From NCBI RefSeq assembly GCF_006345805.1, contig NW_021832009.1, forward strand, positions 1 to 62,843: 62,843 nt of DNA. Direction: 5' to 3'. Shown piece by piece: positions 57,013-62,843 of the stretch. The notes below the pieces were generated by a model, which had not been told where the DNA came from, made no database searches, and was given only the letters and a program-made list of their open reading frames with translations. Source of the stretch: Octopus sinensis. Its lineage: Eukaryota. The number at the start of each line of letters is the position of its first letter. Position 1 is the first letter of the stretch. Position numbers and translations under genes: made by a program.

Positions 57013-57599
57013 AGCAATTTATAAACAGAGAGCGTCAGAAAGAAGAGAGAGAGAAGCAGAGAGAGAGAAGCAGAGAGACAGACAGACAGACAGACAGAAA
57101 CAGAGAGAGACAGACATACAGACAGAGAGAAGCAGAGACAGACTGGAAATAGAAACTGAATGTTTATGTCAGAGAGAGAGGGAGAGAGTGTGATGGAAAG
57201 ATGAAGATGAGAGAAGGAACAAGGCAAAAATCGAATAAATAAATAAATGTACATATATGAATAAATAGATGAATACAAATATAAATAGATAAGAAAAATC
57301 AAGAAGAAACAAAAACAATACGTAAAAATAAAGGAAAATAAGGCAGCAAAAATAAAAAGTGGTTCTTATAGTAGACATTGCTGGACTCATACATAACAAA
57401 GGAAGTTATACGGAGATCGAAAATGGCCGAAATATTCCGAAAATATTTTTGTTGCCATCACAAAATCTCATACAGATTTGCAATGCTAAAGGTACTTCAA
57501 TTTCGACGATGTTCGACTACAGAAGAAATGTATAAGTTATATGTAATATAACAAACGTATTATAGACTGATGGATAAATTACACATATACACACATGCG

Positions 57600-57652
<53 letters not shown>

Positions 57653-57840
57653 TATATATATTATATATATGTATGTATATGTATTCATACACACATATAC
57701 TTGCTTATGTATATTAATATACATTTATATATGCATTTTTAGAGATAGATAGATAGATGGATACATTTATACGTACATACATATATACATACATACATAC
57801 ATACATAAATAGATTGTCTCTAATTCTATATCTGTATTTA

Positions 57841-57877
<37 letters not shown>

Positions 57878-58424
57878 CCTTATCTATTTATCTCTTTCTT
57901 TTTCCCTCTGTCTGTCTGTCTGTATGTTGCTCTCTCTCTATATATATATATTAAGAGATAGAGAGACAGAGAAAAAGAAAGAGATAAATCGTTAGGGAGG
58001 TAAGTAGAGATGTAGAAAATATGTTAAGACTTCAATGCAAATATATTTTTATGTATCTGTATGTGTTTGTGTGTGTGTAGATGTGTACGCATGTAAGCGT
58101 GTGGATGTGATTCTATATATGTCATGTATAAATGCATAAATATGTGTGTGTGTGTGTGTGTGAGAGAGTCTAAATATGAACTATTATATAACATGGATAC
58201 ATATACATACATCTATCCATCTATCAATTTATCCTTCTATCTATATATCTGTCTGCTTGTCTGTCTATTTATCCCTTTATATATATATGTATGCATATAA
58301 ATATTGATATACATGATTTCATATATATACGTATGTATGTATATATTATTTATTATATTATATTACATGTATATTTATATACATTTATATAAGTATAGCT
58401 ATATAAAAATATATATGTATATGT

Positions 58425-58462
<38 letters not shown>

Positions 58463-58655
58463 GTATATTTATGAATGTATGAATGAATGTTTGTAGTATA
58501 TGTATATGTATAATCAGAATCATTAAATCGTCGAAGCATAAACTTCCAGAAAATGAATGTACAGTCGTAAAATCTCACCTTCCATATTAAAAAGAATGGA
58601 AACTCTCACGCACTCACAATTGCTCATAAACACAACACACCACCCCACGCGCATT

Positions 58656-58700
<45 letters not shown>

Positions 58701-58740
58701 CACACATATATATATATATATAATATATATATATATATAT

Positions 58741-58794
<54 letters not shown>

Positions 58795-58796
<2 letters not shown>

Positions 58797-58992
58797 ACAT
58801 ACGTACCCGTCCGTGTGTGCGTGTACATATGTTTAGATATGTGTATGACGCATAAGATCATATGTGTGTACATATATATGTGTATATTATATATATATAT
58901 ATATATACATACGTACCCGTTCGTGTGTGTGTGTATGTGTACATATGTATAGACATGTGTGTGACGCATAATATCATGTGTGTGTGTATATA
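58795..58992. repeat. ~110-bp tandem duplication within microsatellite DNA
   Basis: ATACATACGTACCCGT..GTACATATG..TGACGCATAA.ATCAT occurs twice. Confidence 0.8.
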
Positions 58993-59438
58993 TACACATC
59001 GTACCTGCTAAAAAATGTAGATCGAGTTATTCATGAAATCTATAGAATCTCTGTTGAGTACCATTGATGAAAATAATTGTCTTTCGTTGGTTTCTATGGA
59101 GGAGACCGAGAAAGCAACTTACAGGTCGCAATTGAGGATCCTATGGTGACAAATATAATAGAATTCTTTTTTAATAGCACATCAGAAGACATATTCATCT
59201 CGTAATTAATATAGAAATTGCAATCTGTAGACTTTTCCAAAAATATTTCTTTGAAAAATTTGCTACGGAATTACGGGAGATCGTATTCGAATAAACTACA
59301 ATATCATGAGTAAATGTATTTTACCATAGATCGAAACGTTGGTCACAAAATCTGAAAGAAGATCACAGTGACAAATGCTTGTTTGGCTCTCATTATTTGT
59401 GTACTCGTTTGGCTGTCATTCTTTGAAACCACCAAATA

Positions 59439-59727
59439 GTGGTCAGAGCAGCGGACTAGTGTTCGAGGAATCGCGGGTTCGAATCTCAGACTGGGCGATG
59501 TATGTTTTTATGAGCGAAACACCTAAGCTCTACGCGGCTCCAGCAGAAGGTAATGGCGAACATCTGCTGACTCTTTCGCCACAACATTCTCTCACTCTTT
59601 CCTCCTGCATCTTGCAGCTCACCTGCGACGGACCTGCATTCCGTCCAGGTGGGGAACCTATAGGTCAAGGAAACCGGGAAACTGGCCCTTATGAGCCAGA
59701 CTTAGCCCGAGAAGGAACAATCAACAA
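59439..59727 (+). mobile_element. tRNA-derived SINE group C, tail type 3
   Basis: GTGGTCAGAGCAGCGGACT..GGTTCGAATCTC..GAGCGAAACACCTAAGCTC..CTCTCACTCTT, then a third distinct tail. Confidence 0.8.
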
Positions 59728-60261
59728 GCAGAGTGCTTGAAGTAGAATAATTTTGAAAATGAATGGTTGATATCAGTTTTAATCTGACAGGAAAACCAAG
59801 GTAGAATTTCAAGATGATGAAATTTTGTTTTCTCAGAAAGAACACAGAGAAACTTCCTTAGTGTGAGGAGTATGGATTAATGAAATATGGGGTAAAGGAA
59901 ATAGACATTAAAACGATCGAAGCGTAACAAATCAATGGTTTAGAAATATGATACAATTTTAACAATTCAGACGGTGAAATGTTGCATACTGACTTTTCGG
60001 AATTTAATCTTTTATCACACAAAAAAGTGAAGCTAAAAAACCTGAGAGCTAGAAATACTGCGATTATAAAATAAACAGCAGGAGGAGAAATAAGGAATGG
60101 TCTGCTCTATAAACAAACGAGGACAAACAGAATACGACTTAAAATCCTCTTTTGTATCCTTCTTCTAACTGTATTTATTCACTTCCACACAGAAAAATAA
60201 AACCTTCTTCATTGCTCTTGCCATTAAACTTGATTCAAGGTCACCATTATTTTACTTTTAT

Positions 60262-60400
60262 CTTTCAAATTCCGCCGATGTTGGCTTTGCCTTTCATCTT
60301 TTCGTGGTCGATAAATTAAGTAGCAGTGAGAAACTGGGGTCCAAGCAATCGACTCCCCTCCAGCCCCAAATTTCAGGCCTTGTGCCTATATTAGAAAGGA
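60262..60400 (+). mobile_element. SINE group B 3' fragment
   Basis: TTCAAATTCCGCCGA..GCCTTTCATC..GTCGATAAATTAAGTA..GGCCTTGTGCCTAT. Confidence 0.75.
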
Positions 60401-60879
60401 CTGTTTTTTTTATCTCTCTGCTTTTCTCTCTCTCTCTCTCTTTCTGTCTTTCTTTCTATCTTGCTCTATTTCTTTCTCCCTCTCCCTATCTCCCATTCTC
60501 TCTCTCCCTCCCTCCCTCTTAAACATACACCCCCTCCCTCACGGCCTCACATACAAGTTTCACATGAGCGACCCAACGGAAATTCACACGCACCAACTTC
60601 CGCCCGACCCAGTTACTTTTCAACGCCATGACACCGCACACACGTACGCTCATTTATACACCATCTTTTATCTTATACATGTTTCAGTCACTCGACTGCG
60701 GCCATACTAGAATATTGCATTGAAGAACTTTTAGTCAAATGAGTCGCCCTTGGACTTATGTCTTTTAAAAGACGGGTACATATTCTATCGGTCCTTTATC
60801 ACGAACCACCAATATTTTATTATTATCTCCCCTTCTTCCTAGCTCTCCTGTCAAACTATTTTCTCCCAACCAGTCGCAA

Positions 60880-61065
60880 TGATTGATCACTAAATCCACA
60901 ATCTTTTTATTCTCTCTGTTTATTTCCTCATATTCCTTTCTGTTGAAGAGAGTAAGCTGAAAACGTAAAAGACTTCCCCTCTTTTCCGAGCGACAATCTA
61001 ATACACCTTAATTGTTGTTCATACACTTGCCTACGTCTTTTTACGAAATTTCTGTAAATTTCAAC

Positions 61066-61068
<3 letters not shown>
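60880..61068 (+). mobile_element. Short PLE-derived element, family H1 (copy F, degenerate hammerhead)
   Basis: 60936-60971 CTTT-CTGTTGA-A-GAGA(GTAA)GCTG-AAAA-C-GTA-AAAG; CCGAGCG..CTAATAC motif; 3' end TAAATTTCAACTAT joined to (TA)n. Confidence 0.6.
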
Positions 61069-61116
<48 letters not shown>

Positions 61117-61523
61117 CATGTATATATAGCATGTATATATACATGTAGATGTAGGTACGTACATATATGTTTGTATGTATGCATATATTTTATTTATTAC
61201 ACTATTGTATGACTGAGCGCCTTCGCGTCGATTCAATTCGATTCGTTTGGTTTCATTTCTTCTCCTTCTCTAATCTGGTTTATATATAATTATATATATA
61301 ATATATATACTATATATCTATATAACTAAATAATAATATAAATAAATATTAGGGAATAAATCCAAATTACAAGAAAAATCAGATTTAAGATTGAATCCAA
61401 TTTTATAATAAATATTATATTATATCAAATTAGAGACAAACCCACTATTATGCAAATCAAACAAAGAAAGACTTAAGCCAATACATAAAATAATTTATAT
61501 AAATTAAAATTTAACATATGAAT

Positions 61524-61574
61524 AACCACTACGATCGTTTCGTGTCAGCACATCTTAGAATTCTTCAGGTGGTT
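61524..61574 (-). ncRNA. Type I hammerhead motif, canonical core (left arm, 1-nt deletion in stem II)
   Basis: Sense AACCAC-CTGAAGA-ATTC..GACAC-GAAA-CGATCG-TA-GTGGTT. Confidence 0.65.
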
Positions 61575-61626
61575 TCAAAACCTTCTTAGCGAGTTTTAAA
61601 TTATGAACTCGCTAAGAGGGTTTTGA

Positions 61627-61678
61627 AACCACCTGAAGAATGTCTAAGATGTGCTGACACGAAACGATCGTAGTGGTT
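61627..61678 (+). ncRNA. Type I hammerhead ribozyme motif, canonical core
   Basis: AACCAC-CTGAAGA-ATGTC(TAAGATGTGCT)GACAC-GAAA-CGATCG-TA-GTGGTT. Stem I 6 bp, stem II 4 bp with an A-C mismatch at its base, palindromic stem III ACGATCGT, GUA triplet. Confidence 0.78.
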
Positions 61679-61777
61679 ATTCAATATGTTAAATTTTAAT
61701 TTATATAAATTATTTTATGTATTGGCTTAAGTCTTTCTTTGTTTGATTTGCATAATAGTGGTTTTGTCTCTAATTTG

Positions 61778-61824
<47 letters not shown>

Positions 61825-62184
61825 ATATAAACGACGAGCTTACTTCAGTTTCCGTCCACCAAAACTACTCAGAAGAATTTGGTCAGTCCGACTTTATGGC
61901 AAACTTGCCTAAGGTGCCAACACTGTGGGATCGAACAAAAAGTTGCCGGCGCCTACAAACTAAACATAAACGTCCACTGCTTGCACTTTCTCGAACTACA
62001 AACATAGATACACCACGGCATATAAATATAAACCCCTGCGTTTTCCTCTCTTTCTAACAACCCCATACAATAATATTCCCGAACCCAATGCCAATTTACT
62101 GTGTTAAAGTGTCCGACCGCTTCAGTGTTCGTTTTATGTATTCAAAACATTTTCGACTCTACCAATGCCTCTTTGCTTTTATAT

Positions 62185-62568
62185 GTGGAAGCACTCCGTC
62201 GGTTACGACGATGAGGGTTCCGGTTGATCCGATCAACGGAACAGCCTGCTCGTGAAATTAACGTGTAAGTGGCTGAGCACTCCACAGACACGTGTACCCT
62301 TAACGTAGTTCTCGGGGATATTCAGCGTGACACAGAGAGTGACAAGGCCGGCCCCTTGAAATACAGGTACAACAGAAACAGGAAGTAAGAGTGAGAGAAA
62401 GTTGTGGTGAAAGAGTACAGCAGGGATCACCACCATCACCTGCCGGAGCCTCGTGGAGTTTTATGTGTTTTCGCTCAATAAACACTCACAACGCCCGGTC
62501 TGGGAATCGAAACCGCGATCCTACGACCGTGAGTCCGCTGCCCTAACCACTGGGCCATTGCGCCTCCA
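62185..62568 (-). mobile_element. tRNA-derived SINE group C, tail type 1, full length with TSD
   Basis: Intact A/B-box head and a perfect 14-bp TSD CTTTGCTTTTATAT at 62171-62184 and 62569-62582. Confidence 0.93.
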
Positions 62569-62783
62569 CTTTGCTTTTATATATATTGGTGTTGAATAAT
62601 TTACATGATGAAGAACAAACTAAAACAAGGGACGTAATTAACAGCGATAAATGTTATAAATTTGCTTAAACAAAATTTAAAGGTGCTCTTATAAATATCG
62701 AATTAAACCAAATATTAATCTATTGAAGTTTCCTTTTCATTCCTCCGGAAATAAGAGATAATTCAGTCTCTACGTTAGATCCC

Positions 62784-62823
<40 letters not shown>

Positions 62824-62843
62824 CACTCCCCACTCTCTCTCTC

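Larger units (their letters stand above)
61416..61787. mobile_element. Palindromic PLE-type element, ~180-bp inverted arms
   Basis: 61416-61595 versus 61606-61787, near-perfect, with a 10-nt spacer. Each arm carries a hammerhead, and the element lies in TA-rich repeats. Confidence 0.8.

Noticed and set aside
62495-62568. tRNA gene
   Set aside because: The tRNA-like head continues into a SINE body bounded by a TSD. The same reasoning applies to the other A/B-box heads.

Overview
This is an AT-rich, microsatellite-saturated eukaryotic intronic or intergenic window. The SINE repertoire looks like octopus/cephalopod DNA (inference from recognising the repeats, not from a search). I can support no intact host protein-coding gene. 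Nearly all ORFs in the track are translations of (TA)n, (CA)n, (TATC)n or (TAT)n tracts. The recognisable content is mobile DNA: four tRNA-derived SINE groups, decayed Tx1/L1 and CR1-like RT fragments, an internally deleted mariner, probable Helitron/Helentron derivatives, and a same-strand stack of Dong/R4-clade LINE fragments in (TAA)n tracts. The most interesting signal is a dispersed set of short (about 90-200 nt) non-coding elements next to (TA)n tracts that carry minimal type I hammerhead-ribozyme folds of the Penelope-like-element (PLE) kind. One family has core CUGYNGA instead of CUGANGA, a second has CCGANGA, and a third has a canonical CUGAAGA core in both arms of a ~370-bp palindrome. 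A possible fourth has a U3:A8 core. Across copies, position 7 varies freely and position 17 is never G, as hammerhead chemistry requires. Catalytic activity is untested.
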